From the NCBI GenBank assembly GCA_907165135.1, contig OU015568.1:620001-684000 (forward strand): a stretch of DNA of 64,000 nt, in the 5' to 3' direction. This stretch comes from Oikopleura dioica (lineage: Eukaryota > Animalia > Chordata). The translations under genes and the position numbers were made by a program. Numbering within the stretch: position 1 is the first letter of the stretch; every line of letters starts with the position of its first letter. Under the pieces are notes generated by a model. The model did not search any database, was not told where the DNA came from, and saw nothing but the letters and a program-made list of their open reading frames with translations. This document shows, in pieces, positions 12,166-24,849 of this stretch.

Positions 12166-13639
12166 CTAAAGTGGAAGCTCTTTTGGCGAGTATGGCGGTG
12201 GTGATTGCGTTACGTCGCGGTAACTCGGCGGCGGTGTTCCCGGATCGGCAGCCGTCTCTTCCGCGGATCTTGAGTCGCGTGCTTGACCTCGCCGGCGAGA
12301 TCGTCGCATGCTGTTGAACAGCTGAAGGTTAAAATGAGCGCTCTGGAAGGAGATTACTGTAGAATACCTGAAGTGCAATTGCATAGGGTGGCGGTGAACT
12401 TGGATACGAAGGAGGGCATTCAAATCCTGACTCAGGCTTTGTCAAACAGTCTCCGGCATGTGCCCGGACTCTAGAATTCATTTAAAATCAGCACCTTCAA
12501 TTCTAGAGCTTACTTTAATATGAGAGCTGTGAGAGAGACGAATCCAACCAAAGCGCCGAGAATTGAGAAGACGATCTTCAAGCTGAAAATTAATGATTAC
12601 TTCTAACCGGATAAAGGTTTTGGCGATCCGAGCTGGATCATCATCGATCAATCCGCGCCATATGGAAATCTCGGGGTAATTATAGGTTTTTATTTCATTG
12701 AGAAATTTTTCATACGATTTCTATTTAAAAAAACTCAAAAATCGTTATGCTTAAAATTCAAGCAATTATTCAAGAACCATAAAAATTTTTTCAGCGAAAA
12801 TTCATGATTTTATACAGATTTCGCAAAAATGATATAATACCAAAGACGTGCTTTTTTAAGGTTAAGGAAGTTATTTCACCCACTTCCTTGTTTTAGAACA
12901 CCATACATATTTGGAATCAGTGTAGAAAATCAAGAAACTTGACCGTTTTAGTTTTTCGAAATTCACTTCCGGTTACGATTCTAGAGCCGGAAATGCACGA
13001 AATTTATAAGAAAAGCATGCATATGACCTATCAAATTGCAGCTTACAACAAGTCAAGTCATTTTGGATCGAAACCGAGTCCAACCGTCGTCAAAAACCGC
13101 CGGTAAACAACCGATAAAAATTGAAAATTTCTCACGAAATCATGCTTTTTCATAGTTTTACCGGTCAGTTTAACCGCGGTTGGGACTGTTTCTTCTAATT
13201 AATTGATGATGAGATGACTGCGAATCTTCTGCGCATCAATTTGATACATCACACTTTGCCCTGACTCCAAAATTTCGCCTTCTTCCGGCTCTAGAATCGC
13301 AACCGGAAGTGAATTTCGAAAAACTTAAACGGTCAAGTTTCTAGATTTTCTCCACTGATTCCAAATATGTATGGTGTTCTGGGTCTAAAATCAAGGAAGT
13401 GGGTGAAATAACTTCCTTAACCTTAAAAAAGCACGTCAAAACATTCATACAGTTCCTACTTCAAAAATTTTGACTTACTCTCTTTGTCTCAAAATAATCA
13501 AATCGCTAGCATGCAGTTCCTCCACGCTCGAATTCAGGCTCGTCGAAGCATTCGTCGATAAAATCAAATCATCTTCAATCGTGACATTCTCTACTCTCGT
13601 TAAATTCGTCCCTAGAAGGGTTTCTAGGACTTCCTCCAT
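12166..13639 (-). CDS. Single-pass membrane protein with four cytoplasmic PY (PPxY) motifs
   Basis: Exons MEEVLETLLGTNLTRVENVT... (N-glycosylation sequons), TM LKIVFSILGALVGFVSLTALIL, then ECPPSYPSSPPPY and PPPSYRDVTQSPPPY. The first two junctions are uncertain. Confidence 0.6.
12845..13437. mobile_element. MITE with about 150-bp TIRs in an intron of the PY-motif gene
   Basis: GACGTGCTTTTTTAAGGTTAAGGAAGTTATTTCACCCACTTCC... mirrored at 13285-13437. Confidence 0.85.
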
Positions 13640-14901
13640 CTCTTCAAATCTTCATCCTTGGGCGCCGAAAAAGGGAGGAAAATGCTAAGCCACTTGGTGG
13701 AACGCGCTTTTTCGAAAAATTAATAATCGTCCGTCGCCAGGCTGTGCGCTCCGAGTAATGGGCCCGCGGGCGCACCAAATGTTCGAAAAAGGCTCAATTG
13801 CCGTGTCAGACGGACTCGGTGGCGCTCTAGAATCGAGAGCCAGGGATGAGCCGTACAAGGGGCTCAGGAAGCCGATTGTTTAATTCAAGTGCTGGACCAA
13901 TCGGATGGCAAAAAGTACCGAGCTTCAAAAGTAGTCAAAAAGTACTGTATGCGCATTTCTGAAGGGATTTATTTTTCTAGGGAGAAAAACAAAGAAACAC
14001 CATAAATGATCTTAATCGTAATGGAAACTGATTTTTTAAATGAAAATCCGGATTAGTATTACTCTAAAACCATAGTTCATTTTCCTTCATACTATGGCTT
14101 AAGGTAATACATTTTTATACTTAACTTCACAGAAAAGCCAGTCATTTCGCCAAAAATGAAGGATTAAGTGAAAAAATCACCCAACTTCAAGATTTTGTTT
14201 TCTTTTTGGGAACGAAGTTTGAAAAATCATATTTTTTATTTTGTAATTTGATTAAAAAACCATAATGGATTTCAAAAGCGGACAGAACTGGATTTATTCA
14301 AATAGAAAAATTGCTGATCCTCTTCAGCAAAAATTTTTCTGCGAGTAAGTTTAGTAACCGAATCGAATATTATAATATATAGGTATATAATATATTAGGT
14401 ATATACCTAATATTATTTTAATATTATATATAACCGAAATTTATTTATATTGATTTTCAGAGTTCAAAAAACGCGCGAAAAAGAAGTTCAAAGACCTTCA
14501 AAAAGGTTTTCAGAAATCATAAAAATGACAGGCCGCGCCGCTATCAAGATCATCATTACCAGGGTGTCAAATCGCGGGGGATCGAGAAGGGATCGCGCGC
14601 CACCGCCCACGCTCGATCCCAAGTCTGAAGGGATCGCTCGCGCGCTTTTTGAACGGAAAGGGATCGCGGTGAAAATAGCAGAGCAAACGCGCGGGCTAGC
14701 GCCAGGCTTCATGCGTGGAATTTTCTCCGATCAAGCTCGCGCCGCTTTTCAAAAACTCAGAACTCTTCGTTATTGTCTCAAATTTTATGAATTTTTCAGA
14801 TCTAGTGTAGTTTTTCTCCTCTTTTTCTGATTAAAATTAAACTCATGTTCAAATTAAGTTTAATAAGTTTGTCTGATTATATTATTTAAAAAAGAAAGAA
14901 A

Positions 14902-16059
14902 TTACATCATTGTCTGTCGACAAAAGGGACAGCGGAAATGAGGAGGAAGGCTTCTTTTGTGACACGCCAAGCACATTGGTGGACACTTTTCGCATTGAGC
15001 AGCAGCAAATACTTTTTGACAGTCATCTCGACCAATGGGACTAAATAATATGTTAAAATGTGAATATTGATACTCTTCCCCTTAAATTTACCACCTAGGG
15101 TCGGACCCCTTACTTAGGTTTCCTTAGTTACTAAGGGTAAGGGTTTTGAAATTGATGAATCTGATGATCTCTGAAAACTCAGAAAGGAACTATGGAAAGG
15201 ATTTTTTTCCGCCGAAACCCGAAAAAGGGTAAGTAAAGCATCCTTACCTTACTAAGGAAAGGACCCTTAGAAAGCAAAAAATTAAGGAAGGAAGTCCGAC
15301 CCTAGCTTACCACTCCATTGGATCAGCGGGAATAAGAAGAACGGGAGGATCAATTTGGAGAGGATCATCTCCATATATTTGTAAGACAAATATATTCAAT
15401 AAACGAAGTCGAAAATGATTTCGAGATGCCGCGGCACGCTTTCGAGTCGTGAAGACGTGTTTTTTAAGCATCTTTTTATCATTTTTTGCTTTTTAGAGAG
15501 TTTTGAATTTGATAAACCTACCGATATAAGAAACATTGGCAGGAAGCGTTGATATGCGATTATTCACCAAATGGTTGATCAAAAACAGCAACGGCTCTTT
15601 TCACGCGTTTCATTGTGAAAAGTAACTTCTCTTTGAATATTTTTTTTATTATGAAACTCTTGCTTTAGACTTTAAGATTGAATTAACTTCAATCAAGCGA
15701 GACTTAGATCTATTCATATTATCCACGAATGTTGCTCGAATCTTCGATCTACCCGGGTCGTTCTCATCAATTTCAAGAGATCTTTTATTTGTTTGATAAT
15801 TTCTGTGCATGGAATAACGAGAGTGCTAGGGTTTCGCAAAAAAGCGAATTGGCACTGCGAATTTAGACCCCTGTTCAAACATTTTCCTGAGAAAAGTTAT
15901 TTTTTCTGATGAAATAACGCACTTGGTTACATAATTGACTCGATCAGATGGTCGTATTTCCGCATGGTAATGAGAAAAGTGCCAGTCTAATGTTTGTGGC
16001 TTCACAGATTTCAAACAAATCGTGCACGCCATGGGGAACTTCCAAGCCTTTCTTGTCAT
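14902..16059 (-). CDS. Transposon-borne accessory gene: N-terminal C2H2-like finger, C-terminal RING-like domain
   Basis: Exon 1 CTICLKSVKPQTLDWHFSHYH. The last exon, joined by TG|GTAAG...TTAG|T, gives MECPIGRDDCQKVFAAAQCEKCPPMCLACHKRSLPPHFRCPFCRQTMM*. Middle exons have plausible short introns but those junctions are less certain. Confidence 0.7.
15095..15305. mobile_element. Small MITE (CTAGGGTCGGAC TIRs) nested in the last intron of the accessory gene
   Basis: TIRs at 15095-15106 and 15294-15305; flanks TTTACCAC and CTTACCAC (7/8 match, putative TSD). Confidence 0.7.
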
Positions 16060-16202
16060 ACTTCTAAACTGATTTTTTCGTTTTCCAAACGTAAGAATAA
16101 TAATTCTAGAGAATTTTCAAAAATAACATATTCTTGGTTCTGAATGCTTAACGGCTCAAAGACTCTCAAAAATGAAGCCTCAAAATCGTTTTTGATACGT
16201 AG

Positions 16203-16555
16203 ATTTTGATTGGCTGATAGACAGTTTCGAGCGTTTTGATTGGCTGATAGACATTTCGAGAGTTTTGATTGGCTAATAGACATTTTCGAGCGTTTCGATT
16301 GGCTAAGGGGCATTTTCAAGCGTTTTGATTGGCTGATTGACATTTTCGAGCGTTTTGATTGGCTGATAGACATTTTCGAGCGTTTTGATTGGCTAATAGA
16401 CATTTTTGAGCGTTTTGATTGGCTAATAGACATTTTCGAGCGTTTTGATTGGCTAAGGGGCATTTTCGAGCGTTTTGATTGGCTGATAGACATTTTCGAG
16501 CGTTTTGATTGGTTAAGAGCCATTTTAGATCGGTTTGATTGGCTAAGGGCCATTT
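16203..16555. repeat. 30-bp tandem array x12, one CCAAT box per unit
   Basis: Unit TTTGATTGGCTRATAGACATTTTCGAGCGT; no unique spacers. Confidence 0.95.
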
Positions 16556-16874
16556 AAGGGCGTTTTAATCGACTTAAAGCCTGATTTATCCGATTTTGGT
16601 CAATTTTTGCGCGACTAAGGTTAATTTTTCTTGAAAATGGTTAATATTTGCATGACCTCGGTCAATTAATGCTTAGAATGGGTTAATTATTGCATGATCA
16701 AGGTTAATTTTCTCATGAATTCGGTTTATATTTACATGACCTCGGTCAATTTATACTTAAAAAAGGGATATTTTAGCATGATCAAGGTTAATTTTTTCAT
16801 GAATTTGGTTAATTTTTGCATGCAAAAGGTTTATAAATGCATGATTTCGACGGGAAATTTTCAGCAAAAAACAT

Positions 16875-19800
16875 TTATTCAAATAGATTCTGTACATTTG
16901 GATAAGAAGACACTTGTAGAATGAGTTCAACAGTACTGGTGTTCAAGCAGTTTCGTTTTGAAGACATGATATCGTTCGCTTTCGAGAAGAGACGTTCGAT
17001 GCTGCCGCTTGAGCCAGGAGTTGAGCGTATGAGTTGTGCGATTCTGGCGAATGTCGGGTAAGTTCCAGCGTGATGCGTGAAATACATCAAGCTCCGTTCG
17101 GCCGTACTGGCGGAGGTCTTGAACATGGGATCGAGCTGGTTCAACCATTGCTTGTATCTTTTGACGCTTTCTTTGCGCTCCATCTTGCTCTCCTTCTTGA
17201 ACCATGCAGAGAACTCATCAGTTGATGATTTTTCGCATTCATCCTCGTCGCTCGAATATTGCTCCATTTCTTCCTCGAAAGTCGACTTTGCTTGAGAAGA
17301 TGGAGGTGTCGGCGGAGCGCGCTCCTGTGAGTTTGGAGGAGTCAACGTCTTTGGCTGTGATGAAGGAGCTGCTGATGGTGTCTTCTGTTGCTGGTTTTCA
17401 ACAGGAACCTAAAATAAAGTTAATTATTAATGCTGTTTTATGTAAAAATTGATCGCGTCTGAGTAAAAATGGACCTTTCCTATGAAAAATTCATCCGATT
17501 TCGGGTAAAAATTTACCGCTTAATGCAAAAATTAATCGAAACTTGGTAGAAATTAACCTTTTTTGGGAAAAAATTAACCAGCTCCGGGTAAAAATTAACC
17601 TTTACTTACAAGAATGAAGATTTCCTCAATTGGTTTGGTTTGCTCAGCTAGGTCAAAGAAGGTCTTGCGCATTGTCTCCTTCCAGACAGGAACTGCAGTA
17701 TCGAAGCAATTGATGAGGGTGTCGTATGTAGACTTGGTGATGAACGAATCCTTCTCAAAGGCGTCGTCAAGTCGGTTACGGATCAAGGTGAATTCGAAGT
17801 GACGGCTAAAGAAGTCAAGGGAGAGCCCGATCAAAGCAGCTGGATTTGCTCTCGATTTGATGTAGGATCCTCTCGATGGCTTCCGTCCAGTGATGTTAGC
17901 ACCGAAAATGTAGTCTGCTACGGTCAGAATCAGCTCCTGGTGGATTTCCTTGAAGTCAGCCGGATCAATTTGAAGCAAGAATTTCAGCAAGTCGAACAGT
18001 TTTGTTAGAGTGTCACCAACCGAGAAGTGATCCGAATCGGTGGACGCCAGAGCAGGCTCGAAGACTTGGGAGACTGAGTGGAGGTAATGAACGAGCTTCC
18101 AGTCGATTTCGTGTAAGATCGACTTTGAGTCAGTCAGGTACTTCTGGTGGCGACGAAGAAGAGGTTCGTTTGCCATGAGCTGCTTGTAGGTCGTGATGAA
18201 AGATCTGAAAGATAAAGTTAATAATTACATATTTTCGATTAGTTTAAACATGACCTCGGTTAATTTTATCGTGAAACGGTAAATTTTTACATGAAAAGGG
18301 TCAATTTTTACATTGAAAGGGTTAATTTTTACATAAAGGGGTTAATTTTTACATTAAAACGGTCAATATTTACATGAAAAGGGTCAAATTTTTCACGAAA
18401 AGGGTCAATTTTTACATGGAATGGGTCAATTTTTACATGGAAAAGGTCAATTGTTACAAGCAATGATGAAGAACAAACCTGAATCTGATGTAATAGATCC
18501 TGTCGATCGTAACGAATTTGTCGTAATTCGGGTAGAATTGCCTGATGTGCTTGAGCTCGTCTTCAGTTGGAGTGTAGCTTTTCACCAGATCATTGAAGGA
18601 TTTCTCGGAGCAGTCGTCTCGTTCAGCTCGATGATTGCATGCTGAGACCGCTTTCTCGATCTCGACACAGCTATCGCCGACGATTGCATCGCTCTGGACA
18701 AGGGTAATATATCTAAAGTGAAGACGTTATTTGATGAAATAAGAATGATGTATTTACCTTTTTAACTGATTCGAAATCGTGTGGCTTGCACAGACAACGG
18801 CGAAGTAGTCGGAGAAGGCCTGAGCCATTGGCGCATCTCCAACAACTGGAAGTCGTTTTGCGTGAAAAAACTCGAGGATATTCCAATCCGAGAGGACGTT
18901 TTCTAGTTGTCGACGTACATTCGCATCAGTTGCTTTGAAGATGACCCCGTAATGAAGAAGAAAAATCGTGTCTTTCGCAGGTTCGAATCGTAAAAGCCGA
19001 TGAAGACCCCAAGGTATTTGCTACTTCTTTCTTTCGTTAGCCGAGGGCAGTCGAATCCATCAAGGACCAAGCAACATCTGTTTTCCTGGATGAGACCAGG
19101 CAGCTTGGACTTGACGATACCATTCGAAACGGTACTTTTGCGCCTTGAAAATTTATATATCCAAATATAATGGTTAATTTTTACCTGAGAATCTTCACAA
19201 TTTTGTGACTGCTTATTCCATTCGCTATTGCCTGATGAGCCCTTGCGCAAAATTTCTTCATTGTTTCGGTTTCAAAAGCACAAATTGAAAGACCATCGTT
19301 CGCAACAACTTCTGCGGCGATTTCCTCAAGCTCTTCGGCGTCGGTTGTAATTGAACGATGGTGTTCTTGGATGTGCCGTTTCACGTAGTAGTCAGTCGCA
19401 TGGCTCGCTTTCGCCAAATTGCCTCGAATGCCAAAGAAAACCTATAAAAGAGTTAATTTTACTTGACTGGTCGTTTTTTAACATTAAAACGGCTAATTTT
19501 TTCTCACGACCGATCAATTTTTACATGAAAGGGTCAATTTTTACATGAAAAAGGTCAAATTTTACATGAAAAAGGTCAAATTTTACATAAAAAGGGTCAA
19601 TTTTTCCATGAAATGCGTCAAATTTTACATGAAAAAGGTCAATTTTTACATGGAAAAGGGTCAATTTTTACATGAAAAAGGTTAATTTTAACTCAAATCT
19701 GGTCAATTTTTTCTTACCTTATGTTTGTATTCAGCATTAGTGCAGAAGGGGCTCCGGCAAATGAGATATGGCGTCGGCGTCTGGTCTGACTTCGTGATTT

Positions 19801-19983
19801 TCTCTAGTTTGAAATCTGCTGTGTAATTGTGATGGATCTCTGAAGTGCAAACGAGCTTCTCATCTTCTTCTAGAATCTCTACAATTTTCTTGAACTCATC
19901 TTTGGTTTTTTTTTCTTTTTCTCAAATGGAGTAGATGGCGGAGAAAGCAAAGGACCTTCATCAAATGGCCGTTTTTGACTCAT
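16875..19983 (-). CDS. hAT transposase, copy 1 (apparent homopolymer frameshifts near 19905 and 18963)
   Basis: BED finger (CRSPFC...HIQEHH), CLVLDGF, VVGDAP, VCASH (CxxH), YYIRF, and C-terminal dimerisation region YPTFARIAQLIRSTPGSSGSIERLFS. Confidence 0.9.
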
Positions 19984-20569
19984 ATTTACGAAAAAATTTC
20001 ATTTTTGACGGACTTTATATTGACAGTACATCTGGAAAGATGGCGTCCTTCTGCAGATGGACTGATTTCCGATCATTAGTAAAGTATCTGAGTAATACCC
20101 CGCTGCGAGAATCAGATATGAAGGGTTTATTTCCAAGCAGCTGAAGATAAAATCACAGAAAAGACGTGAAAAGACTCGAGGTACCAAACAGCTGTGATGA
20201 AGTCAGAATCATGGTGAATTTTTACATGAATAATATTATTTTTTTAATTGAATAAACCAAAGTCGGATTAATTATGGCATAATTTTTCTTAGTATTTTCG
20301 TTAAAAAAGTAAGGATTATTATATGTTGATCTTTTTTTGCATTAAAAATTGATTGTTATTGAATTTTTACAAGGTCGCTCGTTTTCGGAATTTTAAGATC
20401 CCTTGCGCGAAGGGATATCCCACGCGCGAAGGGATCGGCGCGATCCCTTTGTTTATGTGAGCGCTCCCTTCTCGTTGCCTCTCGCTGCGAGGCGATCCCT
20501 TACACCGTGGGATCGAAACGGCGCTGTGGCGCGCGATCCCTTCAAAATCCCCCGCGATTTGACACCCTG

Positions 20570-20920
20570 GATCTATTCATATTATCCACGAATGTTGCTC
20601 GAATCTTCGATCTACCCGGGTCGTTCTCATCAATTTCAAGAGATCTTTTATTTGTTTGATAATTTCTGTGCATGGAATAACGAGAGTGCTAGGGTTTCGC
20701 AAAAAGCGAATTGGCACTGCGAATTTAGACCCCTGTTCAAACATTTTCCTGAGAAAAGTTATTTTTCTGATGAAATAACGCACTTGGTTACATAATTGAC
20801 TCGATCAGATGGTCGTATTTCCGCATGGTAATGAGAAAAGTGCCAGTCTAATGTTTGTGGCTTCACAGATTTCAAACAAATCGTGCACGCCATGGGGAAC
20901 TTCCAAGCCTTTCTTGTCAT
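20570..20920 (-). pseudogene. 5' fragment of the ZnF-RING accessory gene, truncated by the internal TIR
   Basis: Near-identical to 15707-16059; runs into the TIR ending at 20569. Confidence 0.8.
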
Positions 20921-21071
20921 ACTTCTAAACTGATTTTTTTCGTTTTTTTCCAAACGTAAGAATAATAATTCTAGAGAATTTTCAAAAATAACATATTCTT
21001 GGTTCTGAATGCTTAACGGCTCAAAGACTCTCAAAAAATGAAGCCTCAAAATCGTTTTTGATACGTAGATT

Positions 21072-21424
21072 TTTGATTGGCTGATAGACAGTTTCGAGCG
21101 TTTTGATTGGCTGATAGACATTTCGAGAGTTTTGATTGGCTAATAGACATTTTCGAGCGTTTCGATTGGCTAAGGGGCATTTTCAAGCGTTTTGATTGGC
21201 TGATTGACATTTTCGAGCGTTTTGATTGGCTGATAGACATTTTCGAGCGTTTTGATTGGCTAATAGACATTTTTGAGCGTTTTGATTGGCTAATAGACAT
21301 TTTCGAGCGTTTTGATTGGCTAAGGGGCATTTTCGAGCGTTTTGATTGGCTGATAGACATTTTCGAGCGTTTTGATTGGTTAAGAGCCATTTTAGATCGG
21401 TTTGATTGGCTAAGGGCCATTTAA
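21072..21424. repeat. Second copy of the 30-bp CCAAT array
   Basis: Same units in the same order as 16203-16555. Confidence 0.95.
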
Positions 21425-21742
21425 GGGCGTTTTAATCGACTTAAAGCCTGATTTATCCGATTTTGGTCAATTTTTGCGCGACTAAGGTTAATTTTTTCTT
21501 GAAAATGGTTAATATTTGCATGACCTCGGTCAATTAATGCTTAGAATGGGTTAATTATTGCATGATCAAGGTTAATTTTCTCATGAATTCGGTTTATATT
21601 TACATGACCTCGGTCAATTTATACTTAAAAAAGGGATATTTTAGCATGATCAAGGTTAATTTTTTCATGAATTTGGTTAATTTTTGCATGCAAAAGGTTT
21701 ATAAATGCATGATTTCGACGGGAAATTTTCAGCAAAAAACAT

Positions 21743-24700
21743 TTATTCAAATAGATTCTGTACATTTGGATAAGAAGACACTTGTAGAATGAGTTCAACA
21801 GTACTGGTGTTCAAGCAGTTTCGTTTTGAAGACATGATATCGTTCGCTTTCGAGAAGAGACGTTCGATGCTGCCGCTTGAGCCAGGAGTTGAGCGTATGA
21901 GTTGTGCGATTCTGGCGAATGTCGGGTAAGTTCCAGCGTGATGCGTGAAATACATCAAGCTCCGTTCGGCCGTACTGGCGGAGGTCTTGAACATGGGATC
22001 GAGCTGGTTCAACCATTGCTTGTATCTTTTGACGCTTTCTTTGCGCTCCATCTTGCTCTCCTTCTTGAACCATGCAGAGAACTCATCAGTTGATGATTTT
22101 TCGCATTCATCCTCGTCGCTCGAATATTGCTCCATTTCTTCCTCGAAAGTCGACTTTGCTTGAGAAGATGGAGGTGTCGGCGGAGCGCGCTCCTGTGAGT
22201 TTGGAGGAGTCAACGTCTTTGGCTGTGATGAAGGAGCTGCTGATGGTGTCTTCTGTTGCTGGTTTTCAACAGGAACCTAAAATAAAGTTAATTATTAATG
22301 CTGTTTTATGTAAAAATTGATCGCGTCTGAGTAAAAATGGACCTTTCCTATGAAAAATTCATCCGATTTCGGGTAAAAATTTACCGCTTAATGCAAAAAT
22401 TAATCGAAACTTGGTAGAAATTAACCTTTTTTGGGAAAAAATTAACCAGCTCCGGGTAAAAATTAACCTTTACTTACAAGAATGAAGATTTCCTCAATTG
22501 GTTTGGTTTGCTCAGCTAGGTCAAAGAAGGTCTTGCGCATTGTCTCCTTCCAGACAGGAACTGCAGTATCGAAGCAATTGATGAGGGTGTCGTATGTAGA
22601 CTTGGTGATGAACGAATCCTTCTCAAAGGCGTCGTCAAGTCGGTTACGGATCAAGGTGAATTCGAAGTGACGGCTAAAGAAGTCAAGGGAGAGCCCGATC
22701 AAAGCAGCTGGATTTGCTCTCGATTTGATGTAGGATCCTCTCGATGGCTTCCGTCCAGTGATGTTAGCACCGAAAATGTAGTCTGCTACGGTCAGAATCA
22801 GCTCCTGGTGGATTTCCTTGAAGTCAGCCGGATCAATTTGAAGCAAGAATTTCAGCAAGTCGAACAGTTTTGTTAGAGTGTCACCAACCGAGAAGTGATC
22901 CGAATCGGTGGACGCCAGAGCAGGCTCGAAGACTTGGGAGACTGAGTGGAGGTAATGAACGAGCTTCCAGTCGATTTCGTGTAAGATCGACTTTGAGTCA
23001 GTCAGGTACTTCTGGTGGCGACGAAGAAGAGGTTCGTTTGCCATGAGCTGCTTGTAGGTCGTGATGAAAGATCTGAAAGATAAAGTTAATAATTACATAT
23101 TTTCGATTAGTTTAAACATGACCTCGGTTAATTTTATCGTGAAACGGTAAATTTTTACATGAAAAGGGTCAATTTTTACATTGAAAGGGTTAATTTTTAC
23201 ATAAAGGGGTTAATTTTTACATTAAAACGGTCAATATTTACATGAAAAGGGTCAAATTTTTCACGAAAAGGGTCAATTTTTACATGGAATGGGTCAATTT
23301 TTACATGGAAAAGGTCAATTGTTACAAGCAATGATGAAGAACAAACCTGAATCTGATGTAATAGATCCTGTCGATCGTAACGAATTTGTCGTAATTCGGG
23401 TAGAATTGCCTGATGTGCTTGAGCTCGTCTTCAGTTGGAGTGTAGCTTTTCACCAGATCATTGAAGGATTTCTCGGAGCAGTCGTCTCGTTCAGCTCGAT
23501 GATTGCATGCTGAGACCGCTTTCTCGATCTCGACACAGCTATCGCCGACGATTGCATCGCTCTGGACAAGGGTAATATATCTAAAGTGAAGACGTTATTT
23601 GATGAAATAAGAATGATGTATTTACCTTTTTAACTGATTCGAAATCGTGTGGCTTGCACAGACAACGGCGAAGTAGTCGGAGAAGGCCTGAGCCATTGGC
23701 GCATCTCCAACAACTGGAAGTCGTTTTGCGTGAAAAAACTCGAGGATATTCCAATCCGAGAGGACGTTTTCTAGTTGTCGACGTACATTCGCATCAGTTG
23801 CTTTGAAGATGACCCCGTAATGAAGAAGAAAAATCGTGTCTTTCGCAGGTTCGAATCGTAAAAGCCGATGAAGACCCCAAGGTATTTGCTACTTCTTTCT
23901 TTCGTTAGCCGAGGGCAGTCGAATCCATCAAGGACCAAGCAACATCTGTTTTCCTGGATGAGACCAGGCAGCTTGGACTTGACGATACCATTCGAAACGG
24001 TACTTTTGCGCCTTGAAAATTTATATATCCAAATATAATGGTTAATTTTTACCTGAGAATCTTCACAATTTTGTGACTGCTTATTCCATTCGCTATTGCC
24101 TGATGAGCCCTTGCGCAAAATTTCTTCATTGTTTCGGTTTCAAAAGCACAAATTGAAAGACCATCGTTCGCAACAACTTCTGCGGCGATTTCCTCAAGCT
24201 CTTCGGCGTCGGTTGTAATTGAACGATGGTGTTCTTGGATGTGCCGTTTCACGTAGTAGTCAGTCGCATGGCTCGCTTTCGCCAAATTGCCTCGAATGCC
24301 AAAGAAAACCTATAAAAGAGTTAATTTTACTTGACTGGTCGTTTTTTAACATTAAAACGGCTAATTTTTTCTCACGACCGATCAATTTTTACATGAAAGG
24401 GTCAATTTTTACATGAAAAAGGTCAAATTTTACATGAAAAAGGTCAAATTTTACATAAAAAGGGTCAATTTTTCCATGAAATGCGTCAAATTTTACATGA
24501 AAAAGGTCAATTTTTACATGGAAAAGGGTCAATTTTTACATGAAAAAGGTTAATTTTAACTCAAATCTGGTCAATTTTTTCTTACCTTATGTTTGTATTC
24601 AGCATTAGTGCAGAAGGGGCTCCGGCAAATGAGATATGGCGTCGGCGTCTGGTCTGACTTCGTGATTTTCTCTAGTTTGAAATCTGCTGTGTAATTGTGA

Positions 24701-24849
24701 TGGATCTCTGAAGTGCAAACGAGCTTCTCATCTTCTTCTAGAATCTCTACAATTTTCTTGAACTCATCTTTGGTTTTTTTCTTTTTCTCAAATGGAGTAG
24801 ATGGCGGAGAAAGCAAAGGACCTTCATCAAATGGCCGTTTTTGACTCAT
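21743..24849 (-). CDS. hAT transposase, copy 2 (one apparent frameshift near 23831)
   Basis: Near-identical to copy 1; first exon MSQKRPFDEG...YKHK is intact. Confidence 0.9.

Noticed and set aside
14450-14830. ORF reading across the left hAT end, or a host gene disrupted by the insertion
   Set aside because: Rejoining the flanks at the TSD gave no unambiguous long reading frame.
16203-16555. CRISPR array
   Set aside because: Contiguous tandem units with no unique spacers, no cas genes and a eukaryotic context.
16056-16557. Repetitive ORFs (SQSKRSKM / FERFDWLID) on both strands, repeated at 21046-21424
   Set aside because: They are by-products of a 30-bp (multiple of 3) stop-free array, and the reading differs between the two copies.
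18955-18970. Programmed -1 frameshift in the transposase
   Set aside because: The site is A TTT TTC, not an X XXY YYZ heptamer; mutation or sequencing error is simpler.
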